Source: an uncultured delta proteobacterium
Lineage (GTDB): Bacteria > Desulfobacterota > Binatia > DP-6
Length of the DNA: 64,000 bases
Reading direction: 5' to 3'
NCBI GenBank assembly: GCA_963815115.1
Contig: CAWFFN010000007.1
Coordinates: 768,001 to 832,000, forward strand
Shown here: piece after piece, positions 9,846 through 21,376 of the stretch
How positions within the stretch are numbered: position 1 is the stretch's first letter
Layout of the letters: every line of letters starts with the position of its first letter
Program-made: the position numbers and the translations under genes
Notes under the pieces: model-generated
The model's input: the letters and a program-made list of their open reading frames with translations, nothing else
Told to the model about the DNA's origin: nothing
Databases searched by the model: none

Positions 9846-10939
9846 CACGGCTCCGGATCGGGCGCCGCAGCGTACGAGCCGAGGACCTTCAGGCGCAGCG
9901 TGCGGCGTTTGACGGCGGCGAGCGCCCGCGCCACCCGCGGTTCGCGGCGATGTCCCTTCAGGTCGAGGAAGAAGTAGTACTCCCACGGCCGCTCACGCAG
10001 CGGGCGCGACTCGATCTTGATCAGGTCGACGCGATGCGCCGCGAACGGCCGCAGCATGCGGGCCAGCACGCCGACCTCGTCACGCACGCTCACCACCAGC
10101 GAGGTCTTGTCGTCGCCGCTCGGCTCCCCGCTGTCGTGTCCCGCGAGCACCAGGAAGCGGGTGACGTTGCCGCGCTCGTCCTGGATGTCGCGGGCCAGCA
10201 CGGCGAGACGATAGGTCGCGGCCGCCTCGGCGGCCGCGATGGCCCCGGTGCCCGGCTCCTCCCGGGCGCGGGCCGCCGCGCGCGCGTTGCTCGATTCCTC
10301 CTGCGTGGGCACGCCCGGGCAGTGGGCCGCGAGCCACTGCCGGCACTGCGCCAGCGCCTGCGGGTGCGCCACGATTCGGCGGAGGGCACCGAGTGCCGTG
10401 CCCGGCTGCGCGAGCAGACAGTGGTGCACCGCGAGGGCGAGCTCGGCGCAGATCGAGAGCGGCGACTCGACCAGGAGGTCGAGCGTGCGCGCCACCATGC
10501 CCTCGGTGGAGTTCTCCACCGGCACCACGCCGAGATCGGCGCGTCCGCCCTCGACGTCGCGGAAGACGTCGGCCACCGTGGGCGACGACACGTAGTCGGG
10601 CGACGCGCCGAAGTGCCGCCGCGCCGCCAGGTGCGAGTAGGTCGCCTCCGGGCCGAGATAGGCGATCCGCAGCTGCTGCTCGAGGCCGCGGCACGCCGAG
10701 ATGATCTCCCCGAAGATCGCGCGCACGTGTGGCGCCTCCAGCGGACCGCCGTTGCCTCGCGCAAGACGCTTGAGCACGGAGTGCTCTCGATCGGGTACGT
10801 AGACCGCCGCCTTCTGGCGTTGCTTGTGCTCGGCGACGGCGAGCACCAACTTGGCGCGCCGGTTGAGCAGCCGCAGCAGCTGATCGTCGATGCGATCGAT
10901 ACGACGGCGGATCGTGGGGAGCGAGGCCGGACCGGGCAT
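9845..10939 (-). CDS. pheA: bifunctional chorismate mutase/prephenate dehydratase
   Basis: RRRIDRIDDQLL CM domain, LGPEATYS, PVENSTEG, NVTRF, IESRP ACT domain. Confidence 0.95.
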   Translation of the reverse strand: MPGPASLPTIRRRIDRIDDQLLRLLNRRAKLVLAVAEHKQRQKAAVYVPDREHSVLKRLARGNGGPLEAPHVRAIFGEIISACRGLEQQLRIAYLGPEATYSHLAARRHFGASPDYVSSPTVADVFRDVEGGRADLGVVPVENSTEGMVARTLDLLVESPLSICAELALAVHHCLLAQPGTALGALRRIVAHPQALAQCRQWLAAHCPGVPTQEESSNARAAARAREEPGTGAIAAAEAAATYRLAVLARDIQDERGNVTRFLVLAGHDSGEPSGDDKTSLVVSVRDEVGVLARMLRPFAAHRVDLIKIESRPLRERPWEYYFFLDLKGHRREPRVARALAAVKRRTLRLKVLGSYAAAPDPEP

Positions 10940-10955
10940 GTGATGAACCGTCGCG

Positions 10956-10984
10956 GCTCTACCGTGGGTGCCCCCCTTTTGCAA
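10956..10984 (-). promoter_or_regulatory. putative sigma70 promoter of the pheA operon
   Basis: TTGCAA-N17-TAGAGC. Confidence 0.45.
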
Positions 10985-10999
10985 CGCGCGGCACCTCCG

Positions 11000-11938
11000 T
11001 CACGCCGGCGGACGCACACCCTGCGCGAGGAACGCCCGCGCCTCCGCCAGCACCCGCTCCCGATCGGCCACGGGATGTCGCCACACCACGCCGGGCTCGG
11101 CGCGGAACCAGGTGCGCTGCCGCTTGGCGAAGCGCCGCGTGCTGAGCACCGTGGCGGCGAGGGCGTGCGCCAGGTCGCACGCACCCTCCACGTACGCCCG
11201 CATCTCGCGATAGCCGACGCTCGCCCAGGCGGGTGCGCTCTCGGGTACGCGCGCCCGGAGCGTGGACACCTCGTCGGCGAAACCCGCCGCGATCATGTCC
11301 CGGGCGCGCCGGGCGATGCGTGCGTCGAGCTCCGCCACCGGCAGCCCGAGCCCCACGACGAGGGCATCGTACGGCGCCTCCGCGAAGGCGTGCTCGGCCT
11401 GCCAGGCGGACAGCCGGCGGCCGCTCGCGAAGGCCACCTCGAGGGCGCGTACCAGCCGGACCTCGTCGCGCGGGCGGATGCGTGCCGCCGCCGCCGGGTC
11501 GATGCGCGCGAGCGAGCGATGCAGCTCCGCCACGCCGCAGCGAGCCGCCAGCGCGCGCAGCGCCGCGCGGACGGCCGGCACGCGCGGGGGCGCAGGGCAG
11601 AGTCCGCGCAGGAGGACGCGCACCCAGAGCCCGGTGCCGCCGACGACGAGTCCGGTCCGGCCGCGAGCGGCGATCTCGCCGAGCGCGGCGCCCGCGGCGG
11701 TCCGGAAGCGCGCCACGTCGAACGTCTCCTCGGGATCGACCAGGTCGAGACAATGGTGGGGGATCCGCCGGCGCTCGGCGGCCGTCGGCTTGGCGGTCCC
11801 GACGTCGAGGGAGCGGTACACCTGGCGGGAGTCGGCCGAGACGATCTCCGCGCCCAGGGCCTCGGCCAGGTCGAGGGCAAGCGCCGTCTTGCCGGACGCG
11901 GTCGGGCCCACCAGGCACACGACGCGCGACGGGGTCAT
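11000..11938 (-). CDS. miaA: tRNA dimethylallyltransferase
   Basis: GPTASGKT, SADSRQVY, VGGTGL, TRRFAKRQRTWF. Confidence 0.96.
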   Translation of the reverse strand: MTPSRVVCLVGPTASGKTALALDLAEALGAEIVSADSRQVYRSLDVGTAKPTAAERRRIPHHCLDLVDPEETFDVARFRTAAGAALGEIAARGRTGLVVGGTGLWVRVLLRGLCPAPPRVPAVRAALRALAARCGVAELHRSLARIDPAAAARIRPRDEVRLVRALEVAFASGRRLSAWQAEHAFAEAPYDALVVGLGLPVAELDARIARRARDMIAAGFADEVSTLRARVPESAPAWASVGYREMRAYVEGACDLAHALAATVLSTRRFAKRQRTWFRAEPGVVWRHPVADRERVLAEARAFLAQGVRPPA

Positions 11939-13701
11939 CGGCCGAAGAGCGACTCGAGGCGCGCGCGCGACAGCTCGACGGCGACCGGACGGCCGTGGGG
12001 GCAGTGTGCGTTGATGTCGATGGTGTCCATCGACTGGAGGAGCGCCCGCACCTGCTCGGGGCCGAGGCGCTGGCCGACCCGCACGGCGCTGTGGCAGGCG
12101 AGCGTCGCCAGGACTGCGTCCGCGGCGCGGCCGGCCGCGAGGCTCGCCCCGTCCTCCACCAGCTCGGCGGCGAGCGCGCGCAGCAGCGCTCCGACGTCCT
12201 GCCCGCGCAGCAGCCGGGGCACGGTGCGCAGCAGGAACGTGCCGTCACCGAAGGGCTCCCCCTCGAGACCGGCAGCCGAAAGGGTGGGCTCGTGCTCGGC
12301 CAGCGCCGCGACCTGCACCGCCGGCAAGGCGACCGTCTCCGGCACCAGGAGGGCGTCCCGCGCCACGGCCCCGGCGGCGTGCTCTGCCCGCAGGCGCTCG
12401 AAGCGGACGCGCTCGTGCGCCGCGTGCTGGTCGATCAGCACGACGCGCTCGGTGCCCTCGCACAGAAGGTATCCGTCCAGCACCTGGCCGATGAAGCGCA
12501 GCCCCGCGAAGCCCTCCGGCACGGGATGCCAGAGGGTCGCCTGCTCCGCAGGCGGTGGCGGCGCCGGAGACGCCTCGGTCGGAACCAGCCGGATGCCGCC
12601 TGCCAGCGGCCGGCTCACGTAGGCCGGTGGCCGCTCCGCGACTCCCGCGGGCGGGGACATCCCCGCCGCCACACCGGGGCCGAGGGCCGCGGCGAGCCGG
12701 CTGCGCAGCGCCGTCACGATGAGCTGGTGCACGGCCTGCGGCCGCCGGAAGCGGACCTCGAGCTTCGCCGGATGCACGTTCACGTCGAGCTCGCCGGGCG
12801 CGGTGGAGAGGAACACCATCGCCACGGGGTACCGCCCCCGCATGAGGAGCGACTCGTAGCCGTCCAGGACGGCCCGGAGGAGGAGCCGGTCGCGCACCCA
12901 GCGCCGCGCCGACGGCCCGCCGCCCTGCGCCTCGAGGCTGACGAACGTCCACACCAGCCGCGTGGTGGAGAGCGACTCGCGCGGCGGCCCCAGGAACGCC
13001 GACAGCGAGAGGCCGCCCGACGAGGCCTCGCACTCGATCATCGCCGCGGCTCGCTCGTGCCCCAGCACCTGCGCCAGGCGCTCGCGCAGTCCGCGCACCG
13101 GCGGATACGCGATCACCTCGCGGCCGTCGTGCTCGAGACGAAAGCCGGTCTCCGGCCACGCCACCGCGAGCCGCGTGAGCAGGTCGACCACGTGCCCGAC
13201 CTCCGTCGAGGTGGTGCGCAGGAACTTGCGCCGCGCGGGCGTGGTCGCGAACAGCTCGCGGACCTCGACCACCGTGCCGATCGAGCCGGCCGCGGGACCC
13301 GCACCGCGCGCGCCCTCGGCGTCGGCCTCGACCGCGACCGCCGTCTCGTCGTCCGCTCGCCGCGTCACCAGCCGCATCGCGCCCGCGGCCGCGATGCTCG
13401 GCAGCGCCTCGCCCCGGAAGCCGAGCGTCGTCACCGCGGCCAGCTCCTCCGCCTGCCTGAGCTTGCTCGTGGCGTGGCGCGCGAAGGCGAGGAGCGCGTC
13501 GTCCGGCGCCAGGCCGGCGCCATCGTCGCGCACCGTGATGCGGTCGATGCCGCCCTGCACGAGGCTGACGTCGATGTGCCGTGCGCCGGCGTCGAGCGCG
13601 TTCTCGACCAGCTCCTTCACCACCGAGGCCGGACGCTCGATCACCTCGCCCGCGGCGATCTGCCCCTGCACGCTCGGGGGCAGTATGGCGACCTTCCCCA
13701 C
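11935..13701 (-). CDS. mutL: DNA mismatch repair protein MutL (endonuclease type)
   Basis: IAAGEVIERPASVVKELVEN, LGFRGEAL, DVNVHPAK, DQHAAHER, ACH, CPHGRP. Confidence 0.97.
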   Translation of the reverse strand: MGKVAILPPSVQGQIAAGEVIERPASVVKELVENALDAGARHIDVSLVQGGIDRITVRDDGAGLAPDDALLAFARHATSKLRQAEELAAVTTLGFRGEALPSIAAAGAMRLVTRRADDETAVAVEADAEGARGAGPAAGSIGTVVEVRELFATTPARRKFLRTTSTEVGHVVDLLTRLAVAWPETGFRLEHDGREVIAYPPVRGLRERLAQVLGHERAAAMIECEASSGGLSLSAFLGPPRESLSTTRLVWTFVSLEAQGGGPSARRWVRDRLLLRAVLDGYESLLMRGRYPVAMVFLSTAPGELDVNVHPAKLEVRFRRPQAVHQLIVTALRSRLAAALGPGVAAGMSPPAGVAERPPAYVSRPLAGGIRLVPTEASPAPPPPAEQATLWHPVPEGFAGLRFIGQVLDGYLLCEGTERVVLIDQHAAHERVRFERLRAEHAAGAVARDALLVPETVALPAVQVAALAEHEPTLSAAGLEGEPFGDGTFLLRTVPRLLRGQDVGALLRALAAELVEDGASLAAGRAADAVLATLACHSAVRVGQRLGPEQVRALLQSMDTIDINAHCPHGRPVAVELSRARLESLFGR

Positions 13702-13716
13702 GCGTTCCGCTCCGGC

Positions 13717-15090
13717 TCAGATGATGAAGCGCGGATCCTTTCCCGCGACCCAGGCCTCGACCTCGGCGCGGCGCGACTCGAATCCGGGCCGCCCGAGAAG
13801 CCCGAAGGTGAACTCCTTCGCCTCCTCGACCGCCGGCTGACCGAAGGGATCGATCCCGGCGAGCCAGCCGGTGCTGACGGTCGCCATCTCGAGCAGGTAG
13901 ATCAGCTGCCCGACCGTGAAGGGGTTGACGGCCGGCAGGACGAGCGTCGCGCTCGGCCGGCCGCGCCGCGCCAGGGCCAGCTCGGTGGCGTGCTGCGAGC
14001 CGTTGAGCAACGCGCCCAGCGAGTTGCCTCCGAGGCAGCCGACCTCCTCGATGTCCTGGAAGGCTGCCGGGATGTCGAGGGGCTCGCCGTGATCCTCGAC
14101 CCGGAGAAAGAGGACGACCTTGTCGCGCGGGCCCTCGAGGTAGAGCTGGAGCTGCGAGTGCTGGTCGGCGCTGCCGCGCGCCCGCACCGCCGTCTGCCCG
14201 TGCTCGACGATGCGACCGTCGCGATCCACCGCCTTGCCGAGGCTCTCGCCCCACAGCTGACAGAACCAGTCGCCCGCGGCCGCCAGGCGCTCGGCGTAGG
14301 TCATCAGGACGACGATGTGCTTCGCCCGCTTGCTCGCGAGCAGGCGGAACGTGCCTGCCAGCGCCAGCGCGGGATCACCGAGGGGCGATTCCGCGGCCCG
14401 CATCCGCTCGTCCATCATGGCCGCACCCGCGAGGAGCTCCTCGACGTCGACGCCGGCGGCGGCGGCCGGGAAAAGGCCCACCGCGGTGAGCGCCGAGAAG
14501 CGCCCGTCGACGTCGGGCGGGACCGTGAGCGCCTGGAAGCCCTCGTCGTTCACGATCTGGCGCAGCGACCCGCGCTGCGCCTCGGTGGTGACGATGATGT
14601 GATCCTTGTAGTCGACGGCGCCGAACTCGCGCATCAGGCGATCTCGCACGATCAGGAACCGCGCCATGGTCTCCGCGGTGTCACCCGATTTGCTCACGAC
14701 GTTGAACAGCGTGCGCTGCAGATCGAGCGACGCGAGGAGCGAGCGCAGCGCGCCCGGATCGATCGAGTCGGACACGACGACGCGCAGGCCGTCGCGATTC
14801 CCGAGTGCCTGGTGCAAGGCGTGGGCGCCGAGCGCGGAGCCCCCGATCCCCAGCACCACCAGGGTGTCGAAGCGGTCGCGTGCCGCCGCCCCGGCGCGCA
14901 CGATGCCCTGCAGGTCGGCCCGCCGGTACGGAAGGTCGGCGAAGACGAGACCGCCCCGTGCGCGCCGCTCGGTGAGCGCGCGACGAGCCTGGTCCAGCTC
15001 GGGCGCGAGTGCTTCCAGCTCCTCCGGCGCGACTCCCTGGGCACCCACCGTCCCCGCCAGCAAGCCATTCAGGTCGAGCCGGACCGTCAT
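13717..15090 (-). CDS. pgi: glucose-6-phosphate isomerase
   Basis: [44 protein letters not shown]. Confidence 0.94.
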   Translation of the reverse strand: MTVRLDLNGLLAGTVGAQGVAPEELEALAPELDQARRALTERRARGGLVFADLPYRRADLQGIVRAGAAARDRFDTLVVLGIGGSALGAHALHQALGNRDGLRVVVSDSIDPGALRSLLASLDLQRTLFNVVSKSGDTAETMARFLIVRDRLMREFGAVDYKDHIIVTTEAQRGSLRQIVNDEGFQALTVPPDVDGRFSALTAVGLFPAAAAGVDVEELLAGAAMMDERMRAAESPLGDPALALAGTFRLLASKRAKHIVVLMTYAERLAAAGDWFCQLWGESLGKAVDRDGRIVEHGQTAVRARGSADQHSQLQLYLEGPRDKVVLFLRVEDHGEPLDIPAAFQDIEEVGCLGGNSLGALLNGSQHATELALARRGRPSATLVLPAVNPFTVGQLIYLLEMATVSTGWLAGIDPFGQPAVEEAKEFTFGLLGRPGFESRRAEVEAWVAGKDPRFII

Positions 15091-15137
15091 GGCCTCGCGC
15101 CAGCGACGGCGCCGATGATTCGGCATCCTTGGCCGGG

Positions 15138-15166
15138 GATGTAACCCGCGCCCCGGGGGCGGTCAA
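15138..15166 (-). promoter_or_regulatory. putative sigma70 promoter of pgi-mutL-miaA
   Basis: TTGACC-N17-TACATC. Confidence 0.5.
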
Positions 15167-15210
15167 GGCGAGCGTTGGGGGCCCGGGTACTTCACGCTAT
15201 TCTCGGCGCC

Positions 15211-15693
15211 ATGGCTCTTGCCAAGCTCGCGCCGGACGCCGGTGCGCTGCGCGCCGCGCTGGCGGCCCGCCGCCACGAAGGTGCGCGGATCGTGTTCACC
15301 AATGGCTGCTTCGACCTCGTGCACGCGGGTCACGTGCGCTACCTCGAGGCCGCGCGCGCGCTCGGCGACGCCCTGGTGGTCGGGCTCAACGACGACGCCT
15401 CGGTGCGCCGGCTGAAGGGCCCCGGACGCCCCATCCTGCCGCTCGCCGAGCGCGCCGAGGTGCTGGCCGGTCTCGCCGCCGTCGACCACGTGATCGCGTT
15501 CGCCGACGACACCCCGCTCGCGCTCATCGAAGCCGTCGCGCCGGACGTGCTCGTCAAGGGCGCCGACTGGGCCGCCGGCGACATCGTCGGGCAAGAGCAG
15601 GTCCTCGCCCGCGGCGGACGCGTCGAGCGGATCGCCCTGGTCCCGGGCATCTCGACGAGCGAGCTCATCCGGCGCATCCGTACGCCGACCTGA
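15211..15693 (+). CDS. rfaE2: heptose 1-phosphate adenylyltransferase (HldE domain II, stand-alone)
   Basis: [38 protein letters not shown]. Confidence 0.93.
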   Translation: MALAKLAPDAGALRAALAARRHEGARIVFTNGCFDLVHAGHVRYLEAARALGDALVVGLNDDASVRRLKGPGRPILPLAERAEVLAGLAAVDHVIAFADDTPLALIEAVAPDVLVKGADWAAGDIVGQEQVLARGGRVERIALVPGISTSELIRRIRTPT

Positions 15694-15743
15694 AACGGCG
15701 GCGGTTGCCAGCTCCGCCATGCCGTGGTACCTCCCCCGCCCTT

Positions 15744-15935
15744 ATGGCGCGCGCATGTGAGGTCTGCGGCAAGCAGCGCTCGGTCGGCCACCACGTGAGC
15801 CACGCGAACAACAAGACGAAGCGCGTGTGGCGCCCGAACCTCCAGCGCGTCCACGCCCGCGTCGGCGGCGCCGGCAAGCACCTCCTGGTCTGCACCCGCT
15901 GCCTGCGCAGCGGGAAGATCGCCAAAGCGGTCTGA
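15744..15935 (+). CDS. rpmB: 50S ribosomal protein L28 (Zn-binding C+ form)
   Basis: [10 protein letters not shown]...[17 protein letters not shown]...[11 protein letters not shown]. Confidence 0.96.
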   Translation: MARACEVCGKQRSVGHHVSHANNKTKRVWRPNLQRVHARVGGAGKHLLVCTRCLRSGKIAKAV

Positions 15936-16000
15936 CGGCTCGATGGCCTGAGGGGCGCGCCACCAGGTGCCGCCTCCGGCAGCGCATCGGGTCGAGCGTG

Positions 16001-16663
16001 TCATCGGTGCGTCCTCCGAGGACCCTCGTCGAAATCCAGTCGCCCGTAGCGCCTCCAGCCCACTCGCGCGAGCCAGGTGTGGGCTGCCTGCACCGGCGCC
16101 GTTCCTGGCGCACGTGGCGGCGGCGTCTGCCAACCCTCGAACCACGCCGCGGACGATCGCGGATCGAGTCCGCGGGCGCCAGGTGCGTGTTTCTTCCAGT
16201 TCTGCAACACGTAGACGAGCGCTCGGCGAACCTCCAAGGGCGTCCGGAGTCGCCGCGCATGGTACCGATCACCCCAGACGGCTCCATGTCGCCTCAGCGC
16301 ACGGTTCACGGCCCTCGCCACACGGACCGCGAGTCCCTGGCAACCGCGCGCAAGACTCGCCGCACACTCGGCCTCCACGAGGAGATGGACGTGGTCGGCC
16401 TGCACGCTCCAGTGCAGCACGCGGAAGGTGCACCGCGAGGCAGCAGCGAGGGCCTCGCGCACCGCGCCGAAGATGCGAGCCTCGCGAAGCGAGAGGATGC
16501 CGCTGGCCGCACGGAGGGTGACGTGCACCGGGACGTGGCGATCATGGGGCGCACGGCGGCGATGCGGCACGGCAAGGCGGCCAGGTGCCCGGGGCCGACC
16601 CGCGCCCCGCCGACGACCGCCCCAGGAGCGGAAGACAAGGCTGCTCTGCAACGCCTGGGCCAT
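16001..16663 (-). mobile_element. HUH/Y1 tyrosine transposase, RAYT/IS200-like
   Basis: PVHVTLR, HUH motif DHVHLLVE, VWGDRYH, catalytic Tyr in YVLQN; hairpin-rich flanks; no TnpB partner. Confidence 0.82.
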
Positions 16664-16679
16664 CTTGAATCGGGCATAG

Positions 16680-16706
16680 ATTATATCAAGCTGGCTGGTA
16701 AGTCAA
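16680..16706 (-). promoter_or_regulatory. near-consensus sigma70 promoter of the transposase
   Basis: TTGACT-N15-TATAAT with an extended -10 (TGA-TATAAT), in a locally AT-rich patch 16 nt before the ATG. Confidence 0.65.
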
Positions 16707-16959
16707 CACGGCAGCGATCGAGACCGGACAGGCGCCTCACGGACGTCCGGGACACTCGTTTCCGTTGACCACCGCGCACACCCCGGCACGAAAGGAACGC
16801 AAGCCGCCGGCTTTCCTGCGCGTCGTGCCGCAACGACCCGCCCGCCTCGCCGGCGGTTTCACCCGCCGTTCCGGTGCGTACACATGCTAGACATCGCAGC
16901 AATTGTCTTGCTCCGACGACAGCGCATCACCCCAAGGTGGCCAAGGTTTAGCACGGCAC

Positions 16960-17369
16960 GAGGCACATCCGATTCCCCTGCTCGCCGCGGTCGCGGTCGC
17001 CGCCGTCGCGTCCTCGGCGGTCACAACGCCGCGCTGCGAGAAGCCCTGCAAGGCCGAGACCGCTCCGATCCGCTCGGCACCAACCCGTCCCACATCCAGC
17101 AGGGCTTCTCGATCGATACGCTCCGTCTCAGCCTGCGGCAGGTCACGCGATTGACAGGCGGGCCGGCACACTGCGGCGGGACTGCTGCCGGATTCTGGGA
17201 CGACATTCTCGGCCTCCAGGATCCAGTAACCGACACCATCGTGTTTCAGGCTGCCTGGGGGGCCTTCGAGAAAGTGCCCTTCGGCGGCCAGCTCTTCGCG
17301 ATCCTCCCCGACGGCTCGGTGACGTGGAGCTGCCCGGGCCCATTCGGCTATTCGGCGCCGTCGCGGTAG
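16960..17369 (+). pseudogene. remnant of a secreted TolB/PD40-like repeat protein (internally deleted, frameshifted)
   Basis: Signal-peptide-like LLAAVAVAAVASSA plus CEKPCKAETA in one frame; SDPLGTNP...FSIDT...LRQVT...QLFAILPDGS repeat remnants in another; no convincing start. Confidence 0.5.
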
Positions 17370-17406
17370 CCGGCAGAGTCGCGGCGCGCCGCCCGACGCA
17401 GACCCC

Positions 17407-17793
17407 CTACGGCCCCCCTCGCACCGCCACCGCCTCGATCTCCACCCGCGCCCCCGCCGGCAGCGCCACCACCTGCACCGTCGCCCGCGCCGGATGCGGC
17501 GCCCGGAAATACCCCGCGTAGACCTCGTTGACGAGCCCCATCTCTCCCAGGTCGATCAGGTAGACCGTCGTCTTGACGACGTCGTCGAGCGTGTGGCCGC
17601 TCGCGTGCAGGACCGCCGAGAGGTTCTCCAGCACGCGCACGAGCTGGCCCCGGGTCCCGCCCTCGACGAGCTTCCCGGTCGCCGGGTCGATCCCGATCTG
17701 GCCCGCCAGGAAGACGAAGTCGCCCGCCAGCACCGCCTGCGCGTAGGGGCCGACCGGGCGGGGCGCGTCCTCCGCCTCGACGGTCGTCCTCAC
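17407..17793 (-). CDS. ridA: RidA/YjgF family enamine deaminase
   Basis: APRPVGPYAQAV, GQIGIDP, PARATVQV, VEIEAVA; GTGA overlap with the rel stop. Confidence 0.92.
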   Translation of the reverse strand: MRTTVEAEDAPRPVGPYAQAVLAGDFVFLAGQIGIDPATGKLVEGGTRGQLVRVLENLSAVLHASGHTLDDVVKTTVYLIDLGEMGLVNEVYAGYFRAPHPARATVQVVALPAGARVEIEAVAVRGGP

Positions 17794-19942
17794 GTCCGCA
17801 CCCGGTGCACCTTCATCACGCCGCGCACGCGGCCCAGGTTCCGCATCACCGAGTTCAGCTCGTCCATGTTCCCCACCATGAGCTCGAAGGTGTTCTGCGC
17901 CTTGTGATCGCCCATCGCGTGCACCTGCGCGCGGGCGATGTTGATGCCGGTCGAGCTGATCGCCTTCGACATGGCCGCCAGCAGCCCGGGCCGGTCGACG
18001 CACGTCACCTCGATCTTCACCGGCCGCGGCATGTCGTTCTTGCCGTTGTCCCACTGGACGTCGATGCGGCGCTGGGGATCGGTCTCCAGCACCTTCGGAC
18101 AATCCTGCGCGTGCACCGTCACGCCGCGGCCACGCGTGATGAAGCCCGCGATGCGCTCGCCCGGAAGGGGCTGGCAGCACTGCCCGAAGCGCACCAGCAT
18201 GTCCTCCACGCCCGACACCCGTACGCCGCTCTTGGGCTGGCGGCTGACCAGCCGCATGAGCCGCTGAAGCGCGCTCTCCTTTTGCTCGCGGCGCCGTTCC
18301 AGCTCCTCCTCGGGGAAGATCTTGGCCAGCACCTGCTGTCCTGTGAGCTTGCCGTAGCCCACGTCGGCGAGCAGCGACTCCTCGTCGCTCACCCCGAGCT
18401 CCTTCAGTACGCGCTCGAGCGTGCCGTCCTTGCGCAGCTTGGCGAGGTCGAGCTGGTGGCGGGCGAGGTCGCGCTCCAGGATCTCACGCCCCACCGCGAC
18501 GGAGCGCTGGCTCTGCTGGCCCTTGATGTAGGTCCGGATGCGCGCCTTGGCGCGCGAGGTCCGCACCAGCTTCAGCCAGTCCTTCGACGGGGCCTGGTTG
18601 GTGGTGGTGATGATCTCGACCGTGTCGCCGCTCTGCAGCTGATAGCGCAGCGGGACGAGCTTGCCGTTCACCCGCGCGCCCGCGCAGTGCCGGCCGACCT
18701 CCGAGTGGATGCGATAGGCGAAGTCGATCACGGTTGCCCCGACCGGAAAGTTCAGCAGGTCCCCCTTGGGGGTGAAGGCGAAGACCTCCTCGCTGAAGAG
18801 GTCCTCCTTGACGGTGCGCAGGAACTCGTCCGGATCCTGCAGGTGCTGCTGCCATTCCAGCATCTGGCGCAGCCAGGCGAAGCGCTGGTCGGTGTCCGGC
18901 GGGCCCGCGGTACCGGGCGCCTTGTAGCGCCAGTGCGCCGCGATGCCGTACTCCGCCACGCGATGCATCTCCCGCGTCCGGATCTGGATCTCGATGCGCG
19001 CGCCGTACGGCCCGATCACCGTCGTGTGCAGCGACTGATAGGCGTTCGCCTTCGGCAGCGCGATGTAGTCCTTGAAACGCCCCGGGACCGGCCGCCAGCT
19101 GGCGTGCACGACGCCGAGCGCCTCGTAGCACTCGCTCACCGAGTCGACCACGATGCGGAACGCGATCAGGTCGTAGATCTGATCGTAGAGCAGGTTCTGC
19201 GCCTGCATCTTCTGGTAGATCGAGAAGAAGTGCTTCGGGCGCCCGACCACCTCGGCGCCCTCCATGCCCGCCTCGTCCAGCTTGCGCTGGAGCTGCGAGA
19301 TGACCTCGCGGATGTAGCGCTCGCGTTCGGTCTTCTTCTTCGCGACGTTGCGCTTGAGCTGGTAGTAGACCTCGGGATGGAGGAAGCGCAGCGCGTTGTC
19401 CTCCAGCTCGCTCTTCATCCCGTAGATGCCGAGCCGGTGCGCGAGCGGGGCGTAGATGTCGAGGGTCTCCTGCGCGATCTCGACCTGCTTCTCGGGCTTC
19501 AGGTGCGCGAGGGTGCGCATGTTGTGGGTCCGGTCGGCGAGCTTGATCAGGATGACGCGGATGTCGCGCGCCATCGCCAGGAGCATCTTGCGGAAGTTCT
19601 CCGCCTGCTTCTCCTCGCGCGAGGTGAAGTTGATCTGGCCGATCTTGGTGACCCCGTCGACCAGCCCGGCAATCTCCTTTCCGAACATGGTCTCGAGCTG
19701 CGGCAGCGTCGCGAGCGTGTCCTCGACGGTGTCGTGCAGGAGCCCGGTCGCCACGCTGGGGACGTCGAGGCGGAGGTCGGCGATGATGCCGGCCACCTGG
19801 ACCGGGTGCGTCAGGTAGGGCTCCCCGGAGAGCCGGCGCTGGCCGCGGTGCACCTCGGCCGAGAACTCGTAGGCGCGCTCGATCGTCTCGAGGGGCGCCG
19901 CCGGGCTGTAGGCCCGGACCTTGTCGAGGAGATCAACCAGGG

Positions 19943-19946
<4 letters not shown>
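17790..19946 (-). CDS. relA: bifunctional (p)ppGpp synthetase/hydrolase Rel
   Basis: Intact HD motif (LLHDTVED), RFKD, YQSLHT, TGS (FAYRIHSEVG), ZFD/ACT domains. Confidence 0.96.
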
Positions 19947-21372
<1,426 letters not shown>

Positions 21373-21376
21373 CGCC

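Noticed and set aside
3700-10939. pheA-hisC-tyrA-aroA-cmk-rpsA-ihfB mixed-function operon
   Set aside because: A known conserved supraoperon; not novel.
10940-11000. hfq absent after mutL-miaA
   Set aside because: Common outside Gammaproteobacteria and Firmicutes; absence from the genome cannot be judged from one window.
3670-16831. 11-nt match (GCGGCACGACG) between the REP-like end and the transposase 5' hairpin
   Set aside because: Too short to be significant at this GC content; not usable as proof of a link.
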